Positions 18,048 through 27,606 of a DNA stretch of 64,000 bases are shown here, one piece after another. The notes under the pieces are model-generated. The model did not search any database and was not told the origin of the DNA. It saw only the letters and a program-made list of their open reading frames with translations. A program made the position numbers and the translations under genes. How positions within the stretch are numbered: the first letter of the stretch is position 1; each line of letters begins with the position of its first letter. The DNA comes from Candidatus Cloacimonadales bacterium (GTDB lineage Bacteria; Cloacimonadota; Cloacimonadia; Cloacimonadales; JAFGVF01). The DNA lies in the NCBI GenBank assembly GCA_963677495.2, contig CAXXOU010000003.1, positions 1-64,000 of the forward strand, read 5' to 3'.

Positions 18048-20411
18048 ATGTTTTATTTTGAAGTTTTCTTAAACATTGATATTGATACAACGTTCTATTA
18101 CTACACCTTTTCTGAGATAGAAGTAGGTACTAGAATCATTGTACCTTTTGGTAATACAATAAAAGCAGGTTTTGCCGGTGAGATTGTTGGTGAAAGTGAA
18201 CTTGATGACTCTATTAATTATAGAGCAATTCTTGAGATTATCGACGAGAAACCTTTAATAAACAAACACCTATATTCTCTAGCTAAATGGGTAAGCAAGT
18301 ATTATTGCTGTAGTATGGGAAAAGCTCTTTTTGCTATCCTCCCCCCTGCTTTCAATCTTGAGATTATGCAAAATATCATTGTGCTTAAAGACTTCACAAT
18401 AATTGACAATCTAACTCAAACTCTCTCAGAGCTAGACTTAAACAGTAAACACAATTTGAATACTGTAAGGCGTGAAGCCAAAATCGGTAACTTCTTTGCT
18501 AGGATTCTTGAGTTAGAAGCTCAAGGACTCATTAGAATTGAGCGTTCTTTCCCACAGAAGGTAAAAGAAAAGACGTGTGATTATGCAGTTCTTAAAAATA
18601 CTGATTTGAAACTAACAACACGACAATTAGAAGTTGTAAGTTTTCTTCAAAAACATAAAGGTAAGTTCCCGAACACTTCATTAACAAAACTTTTCTCCAC
18701 ATATGTCGTCAATGCTCTTGTGAGTAAAGGAGCAATTGAAAAGATAAGGCTACCTTTAGATAATAGTTTCTCAAGTGTGATACTTCCAAATGCTAAATCA
18801 AATATTACGCTATCCCTTGAGCAAGAATCTGCTATTACTGCTGTTGTATCAGATTTAAATACCTTCTCCCCTTTCCTGCTTCATGGAATAACCGGAAGTG
18901 GTAAAACTGAAGTTTACATTAGAGTGCTTTCAAAAGTGATTGAATTAGGCAAAACAGGCATTGTCTTGATCCCAGAAATCTCTCTTACCCCTCAAACAAC
19001 TCAAAGATTCAAAGCTGTTTTTGGTGACAATGTTTCGATTCTACACAGTGGCCTCACTAACAGAGAACGTTATGATGAATGGCAAAAGATAAACAATGGA
19101 CAGTCAAAAATTGTTGTAGGTGTCCGTAGTGCTATATTCGCACCTTTTAGTGACCCCGGCTTAATCATAGTTGATGAAGAGCATGACCAAAGTTATAAGC
19201 AGGATATTGCTCCAAGGTATAATGCTAGAGATATAGCAATTGTGCGAGCAAAAGAGCATAACTGCCCTGTTATTTTAGGCTCTGCGACTCCTAGCTTAGA
19301 ATCCTTCAATAACGTCCACAATGGACGATATAAGCTTTTAGAACTAACTAAACGTCCGACATCTCATGCTGAGCCTAAAATTACCTTGGTAGATATGAGA
19401 AAAGAACCAAAAGAAACGATTCTGTCCCAGTATTTGATAAACAAAATCTCCGATAAGCTTGATTCTAAAGAACAAGTTATGGTCCTACACAATAGAAGAG
19501 CTTTTTCTGCATATGTACAGTGTACCTCTTGTGGAGAGATTGTCAAATGCAACAACTGCGATATCAGTATGCATTACCACAAAGATTTAAACAAGCTTGT
19601 TTGTCACTATTGTGGTAATGAAACTCCACCTGCCAGGAAGTGTAATAACTGTGGCTCTTTCGAGTTCAGACTGGGTACTCCCGGTACTCAGCAAATAGAA
19701 GAGTTGCTAAAAAACAAGTTCCCTGAAGCTAATATTCTTAGATTGGATTCAGACACTTCCAGAAAACGTAATGCACATGAAGAAATTTTTGAGGCAATGA
19801 ACTCAGGTGGAATTGATATCCTACTCGGAACTCAGATGATTGCCAAGGGTCTCGATTTCCCTAATGTCACTTTAGGTGTAGTAGTCTCTGCAGACCTTTC
19901 ACTTAGCTTTCCTGATTTCAGAGCAGCTGAGAAAACATTCCAGCTATTAGTGCAAATCTCAGGACGTCCCGGAAGAGCAGACAAGTCAGGAGAAGTTATC
20001 ATTCAAACTTATCTTCCTGAACATTATGCTATCAGTTATGCTGCTGTTAGAGATCAATCCCGCTTCGTAAAAGATGAACTTAATCTTAGAGAAGCATTGA
20101 AGTATGCTCCATTCTACAAAATGGCTAGGTTCGTTTATCAATGTAAGAATTTGAATACACTTACAAAAGAGATGACAAAGCTTCAGTCAATCTTTCGCAA
20201 AATCTCTGATTCCCTCGACAATCAAGTAATTATTCATGGGCCTATTGAAGCACCTTTAGCAAAAGTAAACAGAAACTTCCGATTCCATGCTATTCTCAGA
20301 GCTCCCAATGTCGCATTGCTCCACAAGGCAGTACAACTTCTCAAACATAATGGTCCTAAACCAACCACAATACATACAGCACTCGATATTGACCCAATAA
20401 ACCTTCTTTGA
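18048..20411 (+). CDS. priA: Primosomal protein N' (replication restart helicase)
   Basis: GITGSGKT, DEEH, SATPS, four CxxC pairs, GTQMIAKGLDFP, QISGRPGRA. Confidence 0.96.
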   Translation: MFYFEVFLNIDIDTTFYYYTFSEIEVGTRIIVPFGNTIKAGFAGEIVGESELDDSINYRAILEIIDEKPLINKHLYSLAKWVSKYYCCSMGKALFAILPPAFNLEIMQNIIVLKDFTIIDNLTQTLSELDLNSKHNLNTVRREAKIGNFFARILELEAQGLIRIERSFPQKVKEKTCDYAVLKNTDLKLTTRQLEVVSFLQKHKGKFPNTSLTKLFSTYVVNALVSKGAIEKIRLPLDNSFSSVILPNAKSNITLSLEQESAITAVVSDLNTFSPFLLHGITGSGKTEVYIRVLSKVIELGKTGIVLIPEISLTPQTTQRFKAVFGDNVSILHSGLTNRERYDEWQKINNGQSKIVVGVRSAIFAPFSDPGLIIVDEEHDQSYKQDIAPRYNARDIAIVRAKEHNCPVILGSATPSLESFNNVHNGRYKLLELTKRPTSHAEPKITLVDMRKEPKETILSQYLINKISDKLDSKEQVMVLHNRRAFSAYVQCTSCGEIVKCNNCDISMHYHKDLNKLVCHYCGNETPPARKCNNCGSFEFRLGTPGTQQIEELLKNKFPEANILRLDSDTSRKRNAHEEIFEAMNSGGIDILLGTQMIAKGLDFPNVTLGVVVSADLSLSFPDFRAAEKTFQLLVQISGRPGRADKSGEVIIQTYLPEHYAISYAAVRDQSRFVKDELNLREALKYAPFYKMARFVYQCKNLNTLTKEMTKLQSIFRKISDSLDNQVIIHGPIEAPLAKVNRNFRFHAILRAPNVALLHKAVQLLKHNGPKPTTIHTALDIDPINLL

Positions 20412-20476
20412 TTTATCCCCTAATTAGTGCTTGACTAAAATATTTATGTTGTTACAAGTCATTTGAGGTATTGTAA

Positions 20477-21967
20477 ATGACAGATAAATACATTGGTGCT
20501 ATTGATCAGGGGACCACAAGTTCAAGATTTATTATTTTCGATTATCAAGGTAAGATAATTAGTAGTGCTCAATTAGAGCATAAACAGATATATCCAAAAC
20601 CCGGCTGGGTTGAACATGACCCTATGGAGATTCTTACCAATACAAAAAAGGCAATAGCTCAAGCATTGAAATCTGCATCAATATCGATAGATATGCTCAT
20701 CTCAATTGGAATTACAAATCAAAGAGAAACTGTTATCATCTGGGATAAGGAAACAGGAAAACCTCTATACAACGCAATTGTATGGCAAGATATAAGAACC
20801 TCTTCCCTCTGTAAAAAGCTTGAGCAGGAACATGGTAATGATTTCTTTCGTAAGAAAACAGGTTTACCCATCGCTACTTATTTCTCTGCATCAAAGATAA
20901 AATGGATGATTGACAATGTACAAGAAGTTAGTGATGCCATAAAAGACAATAAAGCTTGCATTGGCACGATAGACAGCTGGTTATTATGGAATCTAACAGA
21001 CCATATTCATGCAACAGACATTACCAATGCAGGAAGAACTCAGCTTTTTAACATAATTGATTGGGATTGGGATAGCGATTTACTTGAGCTATTCTCTATT
21101 CCCAAAACAGCTCTCCCCAATGTTAAATCATCTATAAACACTGAAGGTTTTGGATATTTAGTCTGGGAAGGCGAAACGACCAATGTTAGTATTAATGCCA
21201 TATTAGGGGACCAACAAGCAGCTCTTTTCGGTCAAAACTGCTTTAGTAAGGGTGAAGCTAAAAGCACATATGGAACCGGTGCTTTCCTGCTAATGAATAT
21301 TGGTTCTGAATTCTATCTATCAGATAATGGATTACTAACAACCCCTGCTTATTCAATAGGAAACGATAAACCTGTTTATGCTCTTGAAGGCTCAATCGCC
21401 TTAGCCGGTTCATTAGTTCAGTGGTTTAGGGATAACATTGGTTTAATCAAACAATCACCTGAGATTGAGCAACTAGCATCTTCTGTTCCCGATAATGGTG
21501 GAGTTTATTGTGTCCCGGCTTTCAGTGGATTATTCGCACCATATTGGAACTCTTCTGCTCAAGGTTTGTTTACAGGTCTCACTCATCATAGTAATTCTGG
21601 GCATTTCGCAAGAGCTATATTAGAAGCAACAGCATATCAAACCAATGATGTATTTAGAGCAATGGAAGCTGATACCGGCATATCTCTAAAGCAATTGATG
21701 GTAGATGGCGGTATGACAGAAAACAATCTATTAATGCAGTTTATAGCTGACATTATTGAATGTGAGGTGACTCGACCAATGATAAAGGAAACCACTTGCC
21801 TTGGCGCTGCATTTGGTTCAGGAATTGCATCTAAGTATTGGAATTTAGAGGACGTTAAGAAGATACAAACTGAAGACAAAACATGGCATCCAACTTTAGA
21901 AGAGCAAGAAAGAAAAAAACTTCTCGAAGGTTGGACTAAAGCAATTAAGAAATCAATAACAACATAG
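20477..21967 (+). CDS. glpK: Glycerol kinase
   Basis: AIDQGTTSSR, GITNQRET, GDQQAALFGQ, KSTYGTG, YALEGS. Confidence 0.96.
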   Translation: MTDKYIGAIDQGTTSSRFIIFDYQGKIISSAQLEHKQIYPKPGWVEHDPMEILTNTKKAIAQALKSASISIDMLISIGITNQRETVIIWDKETGKPLYNAIVWQDIRTSSLCKKLEQEHGNDFFRKKTGLPIATYFSASKIKWMIDNVQEVSDAIKDNKACIGTIDSWLLWNLTDHIHATDITNAGRTQLFNIIDWDWDSDLLELFSIPKTALPNVKSSINTEGFGYLVWEGETTNVSINAILGDQQAALFGQNCFSKGEAKSTYGTGAFLLMNIGSEFYLSDNGLLTTPAYSIGNDKPVYALEGSIALAGSLVQWFRDNIGLIKQSPEIEQLASSVPDNGGVYCVPAFSGLFAPYWNSSAQGLFTGLTHHSNSGHFARAILEATAYQTNDVFRAMEADTGISLKQLMVDGGMTENNLLMQFIADIIECEVTRPMIKETTCLGAAFGSGIASKYWNLEDVKKIQTEDKTWHPTLEEQERKKLLEGWTKAIKKSITT

Positions 21968-21975
21968 GAGGAACT

Positions 21976-22728
21976 ATGAGTTTATTAAAACATCACCACG
22001 AATTTAGTCACGAAGGCACAGAGGACATTGGAGTCGTTATAGTACATGGATTCACATCAACCACTTCCAGCATGTTATATGTAGCTGAACAGTTTGCTGA
22101 GAAGGGGTATCATGTTGAGATGCCCCCTCTGAGCGGTCACGGCACAGAGTGGAAAGACCTTGAGAACACACCTTATACTGAATGGGTAAGAGATGTGGAA
22201 AAGGGCATTGATGACTGCATGAAACGTACAAAGAATGTCTTCATTCTTGGTTTATCAATGGGTGGCACGATCGCAATGAGAATGCTGGAGGTATATCCTA
22301 TTCTCAAAGGTGCTGCTCTCATCAACCATGCAATGGTATTCAAGGATCCTAAAATGAAATGGATACCATTATTGAAGAGTATTAAAAGGACTACAAAAGC
22401 GATTGCATCTGATATCAAAGATCCTAATCAGAAAGAGATAGCTTATGAAAGAACCCCGCTTGAAGGGGTACACCAGATGCTTAAGCTTATAGCTGCTGTC
22501 AGAATTGACTTGGCGAAAATTACACAACCGGTTATCATATTCAAGTCAAAAGATGACCATGTTGTACCGACAGTCAGTGCTGAATGGACATATGAGAACA
22601 TCCGCTCCAAAACTAAGAAGCTGTTATGGCTTGATAATTCCTATCATGTTGCTACTATGGACTACGATAAGGATATCATTATTGAGAGTGCTGATGAGTT
22701 CTTTAAAATGATTTTAGAAAATGAATAG
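21976..22728 (+). CDS. Alpha/beta-hydrolase carboxylesterase (Est30 / monoacylglycerol lipase-like)
   Basis: HGFT oxyanion motif; GLSMGG, DHVV and SYHV catalytic triad. Confidence 0.9.
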   Translation: MSLLKHHHEFSHEGTEDIGVVIVHGFTSTTSSMLYVAEQFAEKGYHVEMPPLSGHGTEWKDLENTPYTEWVRDVEKGIDDCMKRTKNVFILGLSMGGTIAMRMLEVYPILKGAALINHAMVFKDPKMKWIPLLKSIKRTTKAIASDIKDPNQKEIAYERTPLEGVHQMLKLIAAVRIDLAKITQPVIIFKSKDDHVVPTVSAEWTYENIRSKTKKLLWLDNSYHVATMDYDKDIIIESADEFFKMILENE

Positions 22729-22739
22729 ATGGAGGAATA

Positions 22740-24194
22740 ATGAACATCAAATTGGTTTCCGCAATTCCGGAAAGTACAAAAGTATTCTTAAAATTAGGCT
22801 ATGAACAAGAGGGCTATCCTGAATGGGTAACTCCTGCTCAAAAACAGGAACTTGAAAATGCTGACTTCAACTTTAAGAAAGGTCAAAGTTACACTTACAT
22901 TGATAGAAATGAAACAGGTAGACTCGATATTATCTTCATCGGACTCGGTGAAGAAACCAAGTTCACACCTGAGATTCTTAGAAAAGCGATTGCAACCAGT
23001 ATCAAAGCTGTTGCCAAGTTTAAACCTATCACTGAATGCGTAATTTCGCAATACCCTGAGTTTGAAGATAAACAACTCTTCGGTCGAGTTATCGGAGAAG
23101 CTGTTGAGATGGCTGTTTATAAATTCGATAAATTCCTTGAAAAGAAAAAAGAAAGCTCTTTAGAGATTGTATATCTTCTCAGTGCTACTAACTCAGACTT
23201 AGAGACAGGACTTAAAGAGGGGCAGGTATTAGGTACATCAACCAATTTTGCTCGTGATCTAGTAAATGACCCTGCCAATGTGGTTACACCAACCGAGCTT
23301 GCTAAAAGAGCTTTTGATTATGGTACAGAAGCAGGATTACAGGTCGAAGTTCATAATAAAGAGTATATCTTAGCCAATAAGATGGAAGCATACTGGTCGG
23401 TTGCTAAAGGTGCTACTGAAGAGCCTAAGCTCATCATCATGCGCTATAAAGGTAATCCGGATTCCGATCAGACTTTCGGTTTAATCGGTAAAGGTCTCAC
23501 CTATGATAGTGGCGGATACTGCATCAAAACTGCAGGTGGCATGGTTACAATGAAAGCCGATATGGGTGGTTCAGCAGCTGTTATCGGTGCTATGCTTGCA
23601 ATCGGTCAGATCAAACCAAAGATCAATGTTACTGCTATTGTTGCTGCTTGCGAAAATATGATTTCAGGCGATGCTTACAGAACCGGAGATATAATTGGTT
23701 CTATGGCCGGGAAAACTATTGAAGTTATTAACACCGATGCTGAAGGGAGACTCACTCTTATCGATGCTGTTCATTATGCGATCGAGAAGGAAAACGTTTA
23801 CGGTCTTCTTGATATCGCGACTCTCACCGGTGCCCAGGTTGTTTGTCTCGGTACTACTGCTTCTGCCGTAGTTACTAATGATGAAGGACTTCTTGAAGCT
23901 TTAGAGTCTGCTTCCGATATTACTGGTGAGAAGATCTGGCCTCTCCCCAACTTCGAAGAGTATAAAGACCTGCTTAAATCTGAGATTGCCGACCTTAAAA
24001 ACGTTGGTGGACGTGAAGCAGGAACAATCACTGCCGGCATGTTCATCGAAGAGTTTGTTCAAGGCAAACCTTGGTTACACGTTGATATGGCAGGACTCGC
24101 ATTAAGCATGAAAGCTAAAGGTTACACACCTTCAGGTGCTACCGGCTGGGGAGTAAGATTACTCACAGCTCTTGTTGAAAACCTGGCTGATTAA
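22740..24194 (+). CDS. pepA: Leucyl aminopeptidase (M17)
   Basis: GKGLTYDSGG, MKADMGG, NTDAEGRL, ATLTGA. Confidence 0.95.
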   Translation: MNIKLVSAIPESTKVFLKLGYEQEGYPEWVTPAQKQELENADFNFKKGQSYTYIDRNETGRLDIIFIGLGEETKFTPEILRKAIATSIKAVAKFKPITECVISQYPEFEDKQLFGRVIGEAVEMAVYKFDKFLEKKKESSLEIVYLLSATNSDLETGLKEGQVLGTSTNFARDLVNDPANVVTPTELAKRAFDYGTEAGLQVEVHNKEYILANKMEAYWSVAKGATEEPKLIIMRYKGNPDSDQTFGLIGKGLTYDSGGYCIKTAGGMVTMKADMGGSAAVIGAMLAIGQIKPKINVTAIVAACENMISGDAYRTGDIIGSMAGKTIEVINTDAEGRLTLIDAVHYAIEKENVYGLLDIATLTGAQVVCLGTTASAVVTNDEGLLEALESASDITGEKIWPLPNFEEYKDLLKSEIADLKNVGGREAGTITAGMFIEEFVQGKPWLHVDMAGLALSMKAKGYTPSGATGWGVRLLTALVENLAD

Positions 24195-24220
24195 TTTAAA
24201 CAGATAATTTCAATATAGAC

Positions 24221-24254
24221 AAACCCCAAGCTTCGATTGGAGCTTGGGGTTTTT
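24221..24254. terminator. Bidirectional terminator between convergent genes
   Basis: AAACCCCAAGCTTC-GATT-GGAGCTTGGGGTTTTT. Confidence 0.8.
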
Positions 24255-24323
24255 AGTATTATTTATTTGAATCTCTTGCAAGTAACTGTTTTTCTAACTT
24301 GCTCAAGTCATTTACTTTTGATG

Positions 24324-24776
24324 TTATAAAATTCCATTCATTAGCTCTTCATAGCGCGGAACAATGGGTATAATCCCTGCTTCCACTGCCTGACGAACTG
24401 TGGTTATTGGTAGTCCACTATCGATTGCATATTGTGGAGTAATAGTTACTAAATTTACTGATGGTACTTCTCTTTTCAAAGAGTAAAGCATTTTAATTAG
24501 AAGTGAGTTTGAATTGACCCGAGTACCATGTCCCAGAACCATAATGTTGAATCGGTCTGAGTAGTTTTGCAAATCGGTGAGATAACCTTGGCTGATAGAA
24601 TGATAGAACTTTCCAATATTGGATGAGCGATCTGCCATACTATAATGATTTTCTCCCATTGTTGGTTTAACATAAGCTCGAGCTAAAGGTGCTCCTGTAA
24701 TCTTATCGACATAATAGACCATCTTTGCTAACTTGCCTACAAATCCATCTACCGGTCGCATGTACTTAACTTTCAT
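24324..24776 (-). CDS. Hypothetical protein (150 aa), N-terminus reminiscent of DUF6266-like GFxGK proteins
   Basis: RBS GGAGG before ATG 24776; MKVKYMRPVDGFVGKLAKMVYY...ARAYVKP...TVRQAVEAGIIP. Confidence 0.75.
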   Translation of the reverse strand: MKVKYMRPVDGFVGKLAKMVYYVDKITGAPLARAYVKPTMGENHYSMADRSSNIGKFYHSISQGYLTDLQNYSDRFNIMVLGHGTRVNSNSLLIKMLYSLKREVPSVNLVTITPQYAIDSGLPITTVRQAVEAGIIPIVPRYEELMNGIL

Positions 24777-25014
24777 TTTCTTTTCCTCCATTGAGTTTAA
24801 GTTTTTTATTTGAAAGAAATACAACGATATGAGGTACTATTAACCTCCCTAATTATTGACCATCTGCTCCTCCCTCTAGTAAAGGGTTAAAAACGTGTTT
24901 TGCCTAAGCAAAATCAATGTGTATAATCGACATTAATTTAACACTAATTCCATCTGTGCCAATCTTATCCCTTCCAGTCCCGTGGTCAACAAAAATGTTG
25001 CTATAGTCATCAAG

Positions 25015-25035
25015 TTATCCACATGATGTGGATAA
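25015..25035. promoter_or_regulatory. Inverted pair of perfect DnaA boxes
   Basis: TTATCCACA-tga-TGTGGATAA. Additional boxes: TGTGTATAA at 24918-24926 and a 1-mismatch TGTGGATTA at 25074-25082. Confidence 0.65.
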
Positions 25036-25047
25036 ATCGAGCCCTTC

Positions 25048-25102
25048 CACGAGAGGGTCACGAGAGGGTCACCTGTGGATTACCTTTGAAACACCTTTCT
25101 TA
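25048..25102. repeat. 11-bp-period degenerate tandem array
   Basis: cacgagagggt/cacgagagggt/cacctgtggat/tacctttgaaa/cacctttctta. Confidence 0.75.
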
Positions 25103-25166
25103 GTCCGGGAACCGGAAGGAATGAAGCAAGGCAAATTTGGTGGAGGAGGAGGAGGTGGAGAAGTAG

Positions 25167-25264
25167 GAAGAAGTGAGTTGCAACGGAGTGTGACTCGCTA
25201 ATTCCGGTAGAGGTGTAACCAGACAAATTTTTCCCGCCCCATACTTCGTTGCGGTGCAAGTCCG
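25167..25264. repeat. Palindromic intergenic repeat, family B, copy 1
   Basis: First 38 bp match 27411-27448 at 34/38. Internal IR GCAACGGAGTGTG/CATACTTCGTTGC; ends GCAAGTCCG. Confidence 0.75.
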
Positions 25265-25270
25265 AAGCTT

Positions 25271-25391
25271 GTAGCAGTCACCTTTGCGAGTTTGCGAGCT
25301 CGGGGAAATGCGAAAAAGTTTCAAGTACTCTCTCTAGGTGCACCATTTGCAAGGTCTATGACCATTCCAAAGGTACAGGTGACCGCTTCAC
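25271..25391. repeat. GTAG-type REP-like repeat, family A, copy 1 (degenerate centre)
   Basis: GTAGCAGTCACCTTTGCGAGTTTGCGAGCTCGGGGAAATG...ACAGGTGACCGCTTCA, matching 32036-32130. Confidence 0.75.
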
Positions 25392-25552
25392 AAACTCAAT
25401 CAGGGACAAGCATAGAAAGCCAATCTTTAAGAGATAAAAGTTTCCTGCATAGATATAAAATCAACATTCTGAAAAAATTACTTGAACAAAAAGAGTTCTT
25501 TTTTGTTATTGCATTTGGTAAGATGAAATGATAATAAGCTGGAGGAATATAT

Positions 25553-27355
25553 ATGCTTGAGAAATTTCGTGAGAAACAGAAAGCAGTAATTTATGTAATT
25601 GTTTTCGTATTTATTGTTGGTATGGCTGTTGGTGGTGTAACCGGTTTGTTCAATGGTCGTCCTAACTACGTGGGCAAAATCAATGGTGTGAAGATTGAAC
25701 GCAAAGAATTTATCGATAACTATCGTGCTGAAGTACAGTCATGGGCTGCACAGGAAGCAAACAAAGAGAAAGAACTTGATGAGAATATTGAGAAGCAGTT
25801 AATGAATCAGACTTGGGAAAGATTCATGGCTCGTATTCTTCTTAGCAAACAGCTCAAGAAACATCATATCAAAATCGATGATGACATACTTATCGATAGA
25901 CTTAAAAATGATCCTCCTGCAGATGTTAAAGCATTACCACAAGCTCAAACAGATGGTGAGTATGATTATAACAAATTAGCATCTATGCTTGCTGATAATC
26001 CTAATTTTGCTGCCAGTATTGAAGCATATATGAGCGAAACACTTCCTTACACTCTTCTTGAAGAGAAGATTAAGAATGAAGTTATCGTTACTGAAGACAC
26101 TGTTAGAGTTGAATATATCGAAGATAACACTAGAGTTTCAGGAAAGGTTATCGATTTTAACTCACTTGATATTAAAGATATTACAATCTCTGATGAAGAA
26201 CTTAAATCATATTATGATGATAATAAAGAAGATTTCAAACGCGACCCATATTCAAAAGCTAAATATGTAAGAGTTGATGTATCTGCTCCAACAGATGCTG
26301 ATTACGATGCAGTTAAAGTTAAAGCTGATGAAATTTACAAAGAAGTAAAGGGCGGAGCTGATTTCGCAGAGATGGCTAAAAAACATTCACAAGATGATTC
26401 AAACAAAGCCAAAGGCGGAGACTTAGGTTTCTTCGGCCGTCGTAGAATGGTCAAAGAGTTTGAAGAAGTTGCATTTGCGCTTAAGAAAAATGAGATCTCT
26501 GAACCTGTTAAAACTAAATTCGGTTGGCATATCATCCAGAAACTTGATAGTCGTAAAGATGATAAAGGTAAAGATGAAGTTCAAGCTCGACATATCCTTC
26601 TTAAAGTTGAAGCCGGTCCTGAATCAAAACAGAGTCAGATTGATGCTATAAACAAGCTTGCTGAAGTTGCTACACTTGAAAACTTCGACAAAGAAGCTGA
26701 AGACAGAGGTTTCGAAGCAAGAGAAACATCTGAAATCAGAGAAAGCTCAACTTATGTTCCCGGAATTGGTAACAACGAAGAAGTTATTGATTTCATCAAG
26801 GGTCAGAAGATTGGTAAAGTTACTGACGTATATGCTGACAACAATGAGAAGTTCTACTATGTATATGTAGTTTCTGAACGTAAGGGACAGCATTACCAGG
26901 AGCTTGAAAAAGCTAAAGGTGGAATCGAGAATAAGCTCAAACGCCAGAAGAAACTTGAACTTGCTTATGAAGAAGCACAGAAATTCATGAAAGCTAACCA
27001 ACCGGATCAGTACCTTGTAAAAGCTAAAGAGATGGAACTTAAGCTTGTTGACGCTGAAGATATTAATGCAAAGGCATCTATCACAGGTCTTGGTATGGTA
27101 AAAGAGCTTAACGAAGCTATGCTTGCGACTGCTGAAGGTCAATGGACTCAGGTTATCAAGAATGACCGTGGTGTTTACCTTGCTAAGGTTAACAAACAGT
27201 CTAAACCTGATATGGAAAAATTCGAGACAGAGAAAGATGAACTTCTTAAGACAACACTCGAAAGAAAACAGAATAAGCATTATGGTGACTGGTGGAAGAG
27301 CCTTCGCGATGAAGCTAAAATAGTTGATAATAGAGAAGCTTTCGGTTTTAATTAA
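25553..27355 (+). CDS. Parvulin-type PPIase/chaperone, PpiD/SurA family
   Basis: N-terminal TM, SurA_N-like domain, FAEMAKKHSQD...GGDLGFF...FGWHII rotamase domain. Confidence 0.9.
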   Translation: MLEKFREKQKAVIYVIVFVFIVGMAVGGVTGLFNGRPNYVGKINGVKIERKEFIDNYRAEVQSWAAQEANKEKELDENIEKQLMNQTWERFMARILLSKQLKKHHIKIDDDILIDRLKNDPPADVKALPQAQTDGEYDYNKLASMLADNPNFAASIEAYMSETLPYTLLEEKIKNEVIVTEDTVRVEYIEDNTRVSGKVIDFNSLDIKDITISDEELKSYYDDNKEDFKRDPYSKAKYVRVDVSAPTDADYDAVKVKADEIYKEVKGGADFAEMAKKHSQDDSNKAKGGDLGFFGRRRMVKEFEEVAFALKKNEISEPVKTKFGWHIIQKLDSRKDDKGKDEVQARHILLKVEAGPESKQSQIDAINKLAEVATLENFDKEAEDRGFEARETSEIRESSTYVPGIGNNEEVIDFIKGQKIGKVTDVYADNNEKFYYVYVVSERKGQHYQELEKAKGGIENKLKRQKKLELAYEEAQKFMKANQPDQYLVKAKEMELKLVDAEDINAKASITGLGMVKELNEAMLATAEGQWTQVIKNDRGVYLAKVNKQSKPDMEKFETEKDELLKTTLERKQNKHYGDWWKSLRDEAKIVDNREAFGFN

Positions 27356-27378
27356 TCGATTGAGTCTTTGATAGATTT

Positions 27379-27405
27379 AGGTCACTCGAAAGAGTGACCT
27401 TTTTT
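27379..27405 (+). terminator. Rho-independent terminator
   Basis: AGGTCACTC-GAAA-GAGTGACCT followed by T5. Confidence 0.9.
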
Positions 27406-27410
27406 GTTGA

Positions 27411-27498
27411 GAAGAAGTGAATCGCAACGAAGTGTGAGTCGCTAATTCTCTCCCCCGTTCTCGCTTCACACTCGCAAACTCGCTGCGAAGCAAGTCCG
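27411..27498. repeat. Palindromic intergenic repeat, family B, copy 2
   Basis: GAAGAAGTGAATCGCAACGAAGTGTGAGTCGCTAATTC...GCAAGTCCG. Confidence 0.75.
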
Positions 27499-27606
27499 GT
27501 ACAATTATTATTTGACAAAGGAATGCTCCCATATATTTGGAATGTAACTGAGGAGAATATCCTCTACATCCCGATTATAAGAACAAATATAGATAAGGGA
27601 GAAAAG

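Noticed and set aside
24918..25102. Chromosomal oriC
   Set aside because: Only 3-4 boxes, no dnaA/dnaN/gidA nearby, no obvious AT-rich unwinding element, and a second copy 26.6 kb away. Cannot be fully excluded without GC skew.
25105..25170. CsrB/Rsm-like sRNA suggested by the GGA-rich run
   Set aside because: The GGAs form a simple (GGA)n tract rather than hairpin loops; no promoter or terminator support.
25100..25531. Short ORFs 25100-25324, 25249-25437 and 25292-25531
   Set aside because: They run across palindromic repeats, have no RBS and give no protein-like signal.
26747..27280. 177-aa antisense ORF and the many other shadow ORFs inside long genes
   Set aside because: They fully overlap well-supported genes and reflect codon bias.
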